DNA of 57,483 nucleotides, taken from contig ADNK01003259.1 in the NCBI GenBank assembly GCA_000320545.1, positions 1 to 57,483 on the forward strand, in the 5' to 3' direction. Numbering within the stretch: position 1 is the stretch's first letter; each line of letters opens with the position of its first letter. The position numbers and the translations under genes are program-made. This DNA comes from Bigelowiella natans CCMP2755. Lineage: Eukaryota; Protista; Cercozoa. Below the pieces are notes generated by a model, which worked only from the letters and a program-made list of their open reading frames with translations, had not been told where the DNA came from and did not search any database. Positions 1-10,223 of the stretch are shown in pieces.

Positions 1-1
1 G

Positions 2-3000
2 AGAATACACACTACAGTTAGTGGGCTACGAGACGTTGAGGCGATAATGAAGGCTTTTGTAAATGAACAGGATGCTAACTCCCTACCCCAGGCTATTAGA
101 AAATACAGAGCAATGATGCAGCATGAGAGAGAACCTGTTAGAGACTTTGCCACGCGCTTCCAGGATATGATCGACGAACTACATGATTTTAATTACAACA
201 CAGGTGATGATCAGGCAAGGTTTGAAGAGTTCAAGTTAAAGATAAAGGAATCCACTTACGTTACGGAGAAAGGCTACACCACGATGGAGGCAGCAGTGCA
301 GGCTATATCCCTACGCGAGCAGGAGCAGGACCGCAAGTTTACCAGCCCTAAGGTACCTGGCATAGGAAACATTAACGCTATTAAGCCGCAGCGAGACTGG
401 TACAAGGACAGGGAAGGTAACCGACGTTGCGGATACTGCTCACGTAAAGGGAAACACACCGCTAAAGACTGCAGAGACAGGAAAGAAGGACGACCCAGGA
501 TGACGATCAGGCAGCTCAACGAACACTACGAGAAGTTAAAGAGAAAGAAAGGCAGAGGACAAGGATATAACAACAGCAAATGGCAAGGCAGCAACAACGG
601 GAAGAACAATAAATATAAGAACAAAAAGCAGAACAGTATCAATGCTATACAGCAGCAGATAAACGGAATATTAGATCACCTTAAGCAGGCGCCGACGAAG
701 ACAGCAGTACCAGCAACGCAGGACCAAGACAAGCCCATGACCCTAGACGACATAAAGAACTTAGGAGTATGCAACATTAATGACGAAGACGCTAACAGGA
801 CTATCAAAGTTGCTATGACCAAGGTTAAAGTTAAAGACAGCTACGGAGACTACAAGAAACTACCTGCCCTTTGGGATAGTGGCAGCATGCCGAAGTCCTT
901 CATAAGCCTAAGCACAGTAAGAAGGTTAGGACTATTGGATCAAGTGACTAAGAAAGAACGTAAATATGCTCAAGCAGACGGAAGCTCTTCCATGAAGACC
1001 GTCGGTGAGCTAATGCTAAAGCTACAGATACCTGGCAGCGACGCGGAGACCCAAATCAAGACCCGAGTAGCCATGACTTTATCCATGGAACTACTCCTCG
1101 GACAGGATGCCCTAGAAAAATTAGGGGGGATCATATCATTCTACAATCACAAGATATACTTTGCTAAGTTGCCAAAGAAGTCAGGCAGGACCATCAGCCA
1201 GAACATGATACGGCTTGACGAGTGGACCTCTGAGTCAAGCGTTAATGCGTTAGAGTTTATGGACCTAGCGGACAACAAGCTACCTACACCTACCGAGCTA
1301 CGGAAGAAGAACCCCGGCAAGACCATCCGACAGATAACGGAGCTACTGGACAAGACCCCCCCAGCTGATGATTGGGATATCGACAAAGGCAAAAAGTACA
1401 TTAATAAAATATTAAACGAGAAGTACTCTGACATCACCAAGCCGACGACGAAGCCCTCCAGCAAGCTTACCCCAGTAAAGATCGAGCTAAAGAAGGGATA
1501 CGAAGAGTGCATCATCAATGACCCAGAACATAGGCGACCGGAAGCGGACTGGGAAAAGATAGAGTGGCAGATCAATGAATGGGCAAAGGAAGGGAAGATA
1601 GAGCCAAGCAACTCACCATGGAACGTGAGACATGTGCTAGCTAAGAAACCTACTTACCCTTTCTTCCGCCTGGCGCACAACTTCATCCGCCACAACCGAG
1701 TAATAAAGAGGATCCAGACACCTACACCAAGGATAGATGACGTTATTGAACACGTCATAGGATACAAATACTACTCTTCCCTAGATAAAAATGAATCATA
1801 CATGCAGACACCCATCCACAAAACCTCCCGCCCCATTACCGCGTTCTCCAGCAGGCACAGGAAGTGGCACTTCGTCGTATTCCCTTACGGCCTAAGCATA
1901 TCAGGGGATGCGTTCAGTAGTCAGAACTACAGGGCATACACACATGATGGGATGGCGTCTGTGTTGTGGGTGTTTGTGTTTGTGTATGTGGATGATGACA
2001 TAATATGTACCAACACAGTCGTCGCTCAGATCTTCCTCCTGGAAAATATATTTATTAGGTTTGCACACTTCGGTTTTACTATTAGACTGCAGAAGTGTAC
2101 ATTCCTAGCTACAAGAATCAAGTGGTGTGGATATTACCTGGAGCAAGGCCGCATCACCCCAAACCCCGAGAAAGTAGCAGCACTACAGCAAGCCCCTAAA
2201 CCTAAGAATGCAAAGGAGTTAAAGTCATTCTTGCAGACTGCAGCTTGGATACTACGTAGGTTCTCCCCTACCTACGCTAGGACTGCAGCTGCTTTTACTA
2301 CTGCTTACCGGAAGGAGAACTCTGTAGGCCTCAGCTTCGCTAAGGTGTGGGCCAAGGCTGGCCTTGATGCCCACTTCGATAACCTAATAAAGTTATGCAG
2401 CAACACCCTATTGAATGCTAAGCTAGACACTACTAGACCAGCTACCCTATGGACAGACTGGTCTAAGCTAGGTATGGCTGCTGTACTTACCCAAGACCAG
2501 CAGATCATACGGGTGTGGGGCAGGGCCTGCACAGCAGCTGAGGCCAAGTACAGCCCTACAAAAGGAGAGTATAAAGCCATGACTGAGGCGCAGAGGAAAC
2601 TAAGATACTACCTGCTGTCGGTGCCCAGCTTCACCTTAATGACTGACCACAAGCCCCTCCTAGGCATCGACCGCAAGCTCGAAGCGCCTAACGATGAGTA
2701 TGCAGCTATGAGGGCGGACACGGAAGAGTTTAGGGACAAGAGGACAGTGGTCTACGCACCAGGAGACAAGCAGCTTGCTGACTATTTCAGCAGGCTGTTC
2801 GAAAAGAAAGTCCCTACCCAGGTCACCCCTATGGTTAACGCGATTACCTTCGAGGACGGCGACTTCCTGCCTGAGCCAGAGGAGCTCCAGCACCTTCAAG
2901 AACACCTGGATAAATACAAACACAAGCATGAGGTACTTAGTGATAGGATATATGTATACACTAATAATGTTAGGCGTACCTACGTGCCACGGCGGACCAG

Positions 3001-4294
3001 GGGAGCCCTTCTCTTTACCGCCCATGGACCTGCACACGTAGGAGAAAACCATATCACTGCTCTACTCTACCATTACTACTGGCCCTACAAGCTAAAAGAG
3101 ATAAGGACATACCTGCGTGGCTGCAGGTGCTCCAGCTTGAAGGCGGCAGGCGTCGCCACCAAGGAGTCCAGCAAGAGCCGTGCATCTAAGAAAATCAAAG
3201 CAAGGAACTTCTTAGATATCGTGCAAATTGATGTTTATAAGTACGATGGCTATCACTACCTTACCTTCGTTGATGTGGCCACTGGAAAGTGCTGGGTTAA
3301 AAAGATTATCAAGGTCAACGTTGCTAAGAAGAACAAAGGCTTATATAAGCAGAGGCTTACTAACTGCTACCGTACCTGGGAGTCTGAGCTCCAGGCTATC
3401 CCTGATGAAGTTAGCATAAACAAGATACCAAAGAAGTTACATGTGGATAATGAGACCTCTCTTCTACAGCTACCACACCCTAATATTGATGCCTCACCTG
3501 TATACTATGCCCAGTCCAACTCCAAGGTAGAGCGACTCCACCGCACCTTGGCCAACCTAAGCAGGATAAATAGCACCACACCAGACAAGATACAAGGGTT
3601 AGTAAACGACACCTTCACGTCTGGGGGAGGTATCAAGGATAAGGAGAGGGAAGAAGGCGACGACAACGACGACGATACCGAGAGCGAAGACGAGAAGGTC
3701 CCGTACGATGGCCGAGTTCTAAAGGAAGGACAGTATGTTAGGGCCAAGGTAAATCTGAGATCGAGAAATAAACAAGACCCCTTCTGGGGTGGCGTTGCAA
3801 AGGTTACCGAGAGGAAGGGGAGGAAGCAGTACTACATCTATGATGGGAACAGGGTCACCTTGCGCCACATCAGTCACCTAAAGAATTATGATATCGGTGA
3901 GAAGCTCCTAGAGGATGTTAAAGTAAACCCTACTGTGTGGGAGCGAGCAATGCCTTGTTTAGGACCCCGACCTAAGTTCGATGTGGAATATGGAAACAAT
4001 AAGGTCAGGGTGAACGACGATTGGCGCATGAAGATTGTCTATCTAGGCTACCCTGGATTACGAAATATGGAGAGGGTAGCTATGAAAATAAAGGACGGAA
4101 AATATCAGCTACTCTACCTAGCTGTTCCCGACTTACCCTTTGAGCACTGGTATAAGGTCCTGGGGGACCTTGATGCAGAGGGCTGGTATGGACACGAACC
4201 TAAGGACGAAGGTGAGTTCTGGGTAAGCGACAAAGGAGATAAGGTTAGAGAGGAATCTATTACCTGGTGGTTGGTGAAGTTCCGAAAGCGATGA
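2..4294 (+). CDS. Gag-Pol polyprotein: CCHC knuckle, aspartic protease, reverse transcriptase, RNase H, integrase, GPY/F-like region, C-terminal Dam-like domain
   Basis: ORF 47-4294 (1415 aa); the frame is already open from nt 2, so the true start may be upstream of the window. Motifs: CGYCSRKGKHTAKDC; ALWDSGS; SPWN, PYGL, YVDD; WTDWS...YSPTKGE...TDHKPL...ADYFSR; HGPAH..CRC, QIDVY..HVDNE..SNSKVERLHRTL. Confidence 0.95.
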   Translation, partial: RIHTTVSGLRDVEAIMKAFVNEQDANSLPQAIRKYRAMMQHEREPVRDFATRFQDMIDELHDFNYNTGDDQARFEEFKLKIKESTYVTEKGYTTMEAAVQAISLREQEQDRKFTSPKVPGIGNINAIKPQRDWYKDREGNRRCGYCSRKGKHTAKDCRDRKEGRPRMTIRQLNEHYEKLKRKKGRGQGYNNSKWQGSNNGKNNKYKNKKQNSINAIQQQINGILDHLKQAPTKTAVPATQDQDKPMTLDDIKNLGVCNINDEDANRTIKVAMTKVKVKDSYGDYKKLPALWDSGSMPKSFISLSTVRRLGLLDQVTKKERKYAQADGSSSMKTVGELMLKLQIPGSDAETQIKTRVAMTLSMELLLGQDALEKLGGIISFYNHKIYFAKLPKKSGRTISQNMIRLDEWTSESSVNALEFMDLADNKLPTPTELRKKNPGKTIRQITELLDKTPPADDWDIDKGKKYINKILNEKYSDITKPTTKPSSKLTPVKIELKKGYEECIINDPEHRRPEADWEKIEWQINEWAKEGKIEPSNSPWNVRHVLAKKPTYPFFRLAHNFIRHNRVIKRIQTPTPRIDDVIEHVIGYKYYSSLDKNESYMQTPIHKTSRPITAFSSRHRKWHFVVFPYGLSISGDAFSSQNYRAYTHDGMASVLWVFVFVYVDDDIICTNTVVAQIFLLENIFIRFAHFGFTIRLQKCTFLATRIKWCGYYLEQGRITPNPEKVAALQQAPKPKNAKELKSFLQTAAWILRRFSPTYARTAAAFTTAYRKENSVGLSFAKVWAKAGLDAHFDNLIKLCSNTLLNAKLDTTRPATLWTDWSKLGMAAVLTQDQQIIRVWGRACTAAEAKYSPTKGEYKAMTEAQRKLRYYLLSVPSFTLMTDHKPLLGIDRKLEAPNDEYAAMRADTEEFRDKRTVVYAPGDKQLADYFSRLFEKKVPTQVTPMVNAITFEDGDFLPEPEELQHLQEHLDKYKHKHEVLSDRIYVYTNNVRRTYVPRRTRGALLFTAHGPAHVGENHITALLYHYYWPYKLKEIRTYLRGCRCSSLKAAGVATKESSKSRASKKIKARNFLDIVQIDVYKYDGYHYLTFVDVATGKCWVKKIIKVNVAKKNKGLYKQRLTNCYRTWESELQAIPDEVSINKIPKKLHVDNETSLLQLPHPNIDASPVYYAQSNSKVERLHRTLANLSRINSTTPDKIQGLVNDTFTSGGGIKDKEREEGDDNDDDTESEDEKVPYDGRVLKEGQYVRAKVNLRSRNKQDPFWGGVAKVTERKGRKQYYIYDGNRVTLRHISHLKNYDIGEKLLEDVKVNPTVWERAMPCLGPRPKFDVEYGNNKVRVNDDWRMKIVYLGYPGLRNMERVAMKIKDGKYQLLYLAVPDLPFEHWYKVLGDLDAEGWYGHEPKDEGEFWVSDKGDKVREESITWWLVKFRKR

Positions 4295-4345
4295 AGGTCT
4301 AAGGGAATAAGGAAGGAAGGAAGGAGCAACGTGACTTGGGGGAGG

Positions 4346-4671
4346 TGTAGCGCGTACCACTACGCGGGCACAAGTCACGTGCGACAACAAAGGGGTTGTC
4401 GCGGATATAGAATATAGATAACGTAGATATTAATACAGCATAGGCACGTGGGTTCCGGCGGGACTCATGGCAGCACACCGGAAGTGTGCTGCCCCACGTG
4501 CGGCGGCATTCGCGAAAGCTTCGCGAATGATTACGCAGTGCACGATTTAATAAAAATATAATCTTTAATAAAAATAAACACAACTCTTCAAAAGGAAGCA
4601 AACGTGCCTTTCCCCCCCCCTGCCTACTTGTGCACGTAGCGCCTCGGCCTGTGAACACCTTACGCGCAACA
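4346..4671 (+). repeat. 3' long terminal repeat (326 bp)
   Basis: Starts TGTAGCGCGTA directly after the PPT and ends TACGCGCAACA (10/11 inverted match, TG...CA). Contains AATAAA copies at ~4548-4579. The partner LTR is not in the window. Confidence 0.8.
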
Positions 4672-4899
4672 TTCCGAGACGATCAGTGTGGGGTTAACAA
4701 AAGGGTTTAATAGCAATTCATTATGTCGCAGGATAATATTCCCCTTTTATTTTGGAACTTTTTATGATTACGAGGACACATATGGATTTGGTACTGCGAC
4801 AAAGAAAAATGGCAACAAGTGTTGGTATTCAAGATGAGATTTAAAAACGTAGCAGATCATTAGTGAGAAGATAAGCACAGAGGAGGGAGAGCAAGCGCC

Positions 4900-6463
4900 A
4901 TGAAATACGGCAAGACAGTCGAAAGATATGGATCATCAGTAAGAGCATAGGAGAAGGAGGAGGAGGAGGAGAAGAAGAAGAAGAAGAAGATTAGCAACAT
5001 TTTTAATAAATTCTAATAATTTATCAAATTTAGATAGAAATCCCGATCTCCCGAAATTAATTGAAGAAGAAGAATATATAATAGTTGTGTGAACACCTGA
5101 CCAGTTTTGAATTTCATATGCTTTCCCTTCTCTGGTGCTTTGTCATGCACCTCCATAGGAATTGAAGAGAAAAAATGAACTGGAGGACCAGGATGAAAAA
5201 GAACCATCGTCATCAAAGCAGGAAGAGGAGCTGGAGGACCTCAAAAGTATAACTCCCTCGAACATAATTATATCAGGCCAAATAAGTGGAGCTCATTTCA
5301 AGATTGCCGAGCCAGAGCAATGGAGCGGTAGCCTTCTCATCTACGCTCACGGTATCATTACTAGCTTCGTTAAATACTAGTTAGGAATCTATGTAATTCG
5401 AAACGTGAAAGAAAGAGAGAGAAAGAAGGAGAGAGAGGGAGACAGAGGGAGGGAGAGAATATGTGTACATGCCCTATGCATTATAATGATTTCAAAAAAC
5501 AGGGTATCGCCCGAAAGGCCATGGGTTGCAAGTGGAACTTGATCTAAGTGAAGGAAGCTGCTATAAACTACTCATTAATGAAGGATGGATTGTAGCTGCT
5601 ACAAGTTACAGACGAGAGGTATCATGACTTGAGCAAACCCTTCAGAGTTTTCATCATCGATAGTGATATCTATCAATACCACAGGGAGTTATCCTAGCCG
5701 ATTCGATGCTTGATGTGGTAAACCTGAAACGATTTGTGGAGCAGAGATATGGAGCAGCTCGAGAGGTAGATAGTCGTCGTCGTCGTCGTCGTCGTCGTAG
5801 TAGTAGTAGTAGTAGCCTCTTATTTTATCATCAATCAATCACAACGAAATTGAATACCAAATGAGTGCGCCATCCTCTTATGGTCTTCTAAGCATATGAA
5901 TTGTACTTGAGGGATGGCAATAGGTACAAGAGCTACTGTGAGTTCTGATGAATGTACCAGAGGTATTTAGTGTTTGATCATACACTTTATGGTGTAAGGT
6001 TATTGTTGAGGGCCAATCGATGGGAGGAGCTGTCGCCACCTTATTAGCAGAGAACCAACAGAAAAACATCCAGCAGCAACGCAGAGGTATTGGTACGCAT
6101 AACCATGAGGAGGGAAGAGGGGAATAAGGGAAAGCATTAAAGAATAGAATGTACCAGAAAATCATCCGCAACACACATATCAAAATGAAATGTTGCTCAC
6201 GAGCAAGGTTTACACTTTCCATAGTTGGCATCATTACCACGCATTTAGGTATAAGTAGGAGTAATATGAACAATGTTTCCAAGCCCGAAATCTCGGGTGT
6301 ACTTGCCGTTGGAGCAGCTCTGATGTGGAGGAAGGATACCATCACTGAAGAAGAGAAGGCGATCGCTTTTACACACACACCTCTGATACCAGTGAGACAT
6401 ACGCAAGTGTAGACATATGACAGCATCTGTATGCACATAGGATGTTACTACTTTGACTTATAC

Positions 6464-6499
<36 letters not shown>

Positions 6500-6814
6500 T
6501 TATCGTGTCGTTCGTCTTGTTGTATATGTTGCTAGAGCTGCCTTGTTCTTAACGCTGCTACTGTCTATATTTTGGTCATCTGGTGGTTCTGTGTGTGGAG
6601 GGGAAAGACGATTTATGGGATGTAGAAGAATATTTGTACTCGTTTTTCAAATCGTTAATTTAATTTATTCAAAAGGACATCATCCATCACTAGTGCTAAT
6701 ACTCTTCTAATGCATATCATATTCTGTAATTTTTTGCTATTTCTTCTCGTGTAGATACTTTACCTTACCAACTACACCGAGCTGGGACCTATCAATCAGG
6801 TGTGCTATTTTCTT

Positions 6815-6855
<41 letters not shown>

Positions 6856-7132
6856 CCCTCCTCTTTTTCTCGGCCTCAGAGCCACCAGCAACAATCGAAG
6901 GGTAAATTAAGGGAGAAAATCATTCACAAGATGCGTGTTTTCATCTAGAAGGAGAAGCGGAACTTGTTTTCCTTATTTTTTGAATAATTGCACCTTTTCT
7001 TCTTTACCGCAACAATCATCAGTATGTAGAAAGTTGTAAGATGAAGAGAAAAGGAAATCAAGGTGATTTTTGTTGGAGTAGTAGTAGCGATCAATCATTA
7101 TCTACTTACGTATTCGATCTATCGATAACACA

Positions 7133-7192
<60 letters not shown>

Positions 7193-7889
7193 CTCACACA
7201 CCCTTTGGACTAATTGTTCACATGTTATATGAATGCATTCACAATGAAGAATATGATATGTATAAATGCATTTGAGAGCAGATTTAATGGATTTTCCTGT
7301 GCCTGCGGTATGGAAGGTATTCCTTATACATGTGTATCTATAGCAAGCGCACTATAGGAAAGACAGGCAAAGCATGTGTGTGTGTGTGCATAGCATGGAA
7401 ACACTTTATTACACTATGATAAGGTATATCGATCTGGGCATAATTGGACCAATAACCAAGAGCGTTATCAAGCTGTGAGATCCTTGTGTCGATGGATTAA
7501 GTAAATGCCTTATTATCATCATCAACGCTAAGCTTCCTTATTCATGTGAATTTAATATGGGAAAACACCTGCTTCAATATTGATTGAGAACGTGTTGTCG
7601 TGTATGCAATACGCGCATTTAAGATCGAACTACGTGGAGTAGTGGTTATCTTCTCGCTTTTATGTCTCGTTTTTTTTTCTTTTTAAGTGATTTGTGGTTG
7701 TTGATACCAACGATAGATTTGGTACATGCATAACCATGCGCCTTAAAGACGGAACCGTTCCCATTAGCAAACGAGCTTCCTCTGCTACGTTCGATAAAAA
7801 ACAATTGAAAGCGGTAAGGATTGGGCGTTTGTTGATGATGTGTAATCTGTAGCATGGAAAGCTACTATCTAGCTTGTAAAGTTATAGGG

Positions 7890-7920
<31 letters not shown>

Positions 7921-8126
7921 GCTTGGATATGTTAGTAGCTGCGGTAATGGTATTAATAGTAATTTATGATATGATATGATGTCTGAATGTTGTTGATTCG
8001 AATCAGATCTAATAATACGTCACAAACATCATCAGACAGGGTACATTGAAGACATCAAAGCATCTGGTGTTATTGTCACATCATTTGTTGGTGAAGATCT
8101 TGCAAAACTTGGTCTACGATTGGGAT

Positions 8127-8170
<44 letters not shown>

Positions 8171-8435
8171 AAGAAGTAAACGGTGATAATAAACATACAT
8201 ACTTCGATATATTTGTATCACTTGCCAACAGCTTCGAGGCCGACGTAAATTCTTGCAAGTTGCAAGGCGTTGTATTTGATGAGTATCCTTACGTGAGGGC
8301 GGAAAGGGGACGATGGTTAGCTATACTGGAGCCAGAGCAAGGCCGTGTTGTTCTAGGTACACACGCCAACACTGTATTCATAAGGAATAAGTGCAATCAA
8401 AAGCAAGGAATTATGGATGGGGTAAGGGGGGGGGG

Positions 8436-8481
<46 letters not shown>

Positions 8482-8901
8482 GGCAGAGAAAGACCACCAT
8501 TAGCAAGTACATACTAACGACCAATTCGCAGAATATTGCACTTAAAGTACGCACGCAACAAAAGTATGAAATATGACCAGGAGAAAATTAAATGTAGAGC
8601 TATATTTACAGGCATCCTAGATTGCGTATCCAAGCATTCACCGGCGGATCTAGCAGGTCGTGCTCGTAAAGGAGACGCGGTCATCTTCTTTTCCAACGAT
8701 AAGAAGCCAAGGAGGCTACTCACGGATAAGATAAGGAAAATGGAACAACTTTGTAGTGGTGGGCATGAGCAGAAGAAGAACAAGAGCAAGAGTGGCGAGG
8801 TGTATTCCAAACGAATATTGACACCTTTCGTAACTCTTTTATTGACAGTAAACGCTCGTGCTGAGAGAAAGAGAAGCAGTGGGATTTGTATTGTATCCTA
8901 A
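4900..8901 (+). CDS. Multi-exon alpha/beta (serine) hydrolase, bacterial-like, with possible SAM-hydroxide-adenosyltransferase-like C-terminal domain
   Basis: Manually spliced GT-AG exons give GAHFKIAEPEQWSGSLLIYAHGY, GWIVAATSYRREG, nucleophile elbow EGQSMGGAVATLLAE (~6008-6050), GHNWTN (~7437), then SFEADVN..EYPYVRAERGRWLAILEP..DLAGRARKGDAVIF. Start and end approximate. Confidence 0.7.
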
Positions 8902-9582
8902 GCTTCTTTAAGTGGCGTCATCATTCGATAAACCATTATCTACATGTTGATCATTTAGCTGCCGTTGTTCGTTCTTCATTGTTCATTGCCCTCATCTTCT
9001 ACAGCTATTTTATCACATATTTTCGTTGGTTGTTATGGCTATTTGGTTCCTTCCATGACTGTCTACTCTATGTTTATTGTTGTAGGAGCAAACAAATGTC
9101 CCCACGGTTGTGCCTCCCCCGCCCCTATTCGGCACAAAAGCATCTCTTAAATCGGATGTTGGAAGTACATAGAGCTGCATACTGTCGACCTATGGCGTCA
9201 TGCCAAAGTGTACCATTGAATTACAGGCATGGGACTTCGAACAATTCGAATGGTCATCAAAGTTCTAACACTGGAATATCAAAACAGCCTGCTCGAGCAT
9301 CAGAGTCAACACATCTCTAGATTGCAACCTTGCATTGCAGCCCATCGCATGCGAGCCCGCAGCGCACATGCTCGCGATTGTGTGTGTTGAAATGTGCAGC
9401 ATGCAGCACTCACATGGGCTGGCCACTGCACGTGCTGGTGTGTGCACATCAAACATGGCTAGAGCTGCGCATGATGAATGTGCTTCATGCTGTTGCATGC
9501 ATGACGATTCTTCGATCGCATGTTTTTGTTCACATTGCCAAATTGTCCAGTTGTGCCAAAATGTGTTGTTGATGCTCTGCTA

Positions 9583-10184
9583 CTTGTGGCGGTGTGTCTT
9601 GGATTTGCAGATGTCACCATGCAATTTGCAGCAGTGCCAACAAATGCTGGGTGGGTTCACTTTTCGTTGACACTGACAGTTTTCTTCGTGCAATTTGTTT
9701 CTCCCCATTCGCTGTGCTTGGTGGTTCGATGCAGATGCATCCGCAGCACTTCCAACCAACGGAATCTTTCCGGCCTGACGTTTGAAGCAACGGAAGTGTT
9801 TCCCATCGTTGATGATGATCACGATGATGAGGTTCGCAGAGCACGTTTTTCACCACCTGCAACCTTCATCGTGCAACGTTTCATGCCGCATCTGCAAACT
9901 CTTTCCTGTTTTTTTCAACTGAATCCACAGAAAAGCAGCACTTGAGTTTCGTGTGTTGACATCATGGGACCTTCCCTCTCAGAGATGAGGCAGCTCCACA
10001 GCCAACGGAACAAAACACGTGCAGAAACATCGTGTTGCACAAACTTGGACATGCGACCCAAAGTGATGACGGTGTCAATGATTGGTGTCTGTCTCAGAAG
10101 TGAACTGATTTTGCACCAGACGCCTGAGTCACTGCTGAACACCTCGTTCGGGAGAAGGAACCTTGTGACAACAAGGGCACAGTG

Positions 10185-10223
<39 letters not shown>

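Larger units (their letters stand above)
1..4671 (+). mobile_element. Ty3/gypsy-like LTR retrotransposon, apparently intact; 5' part (5' LTR, PBS, start of gag) lies outside the window
   Basis: Uninterrupted gag-pol ORF with domain order PR-RT-RH-IN, then a polypurine tract (TGGGGGAGG 4337-4345) and an LTR with matching termini. Confidence 0.95.

Noticed and set aside
1945-2000. GT-rich patch within the A-rich RT region
   Set aside because: Explained by the Val/Phe-rich strand preceding YVDD; the frame is intact.
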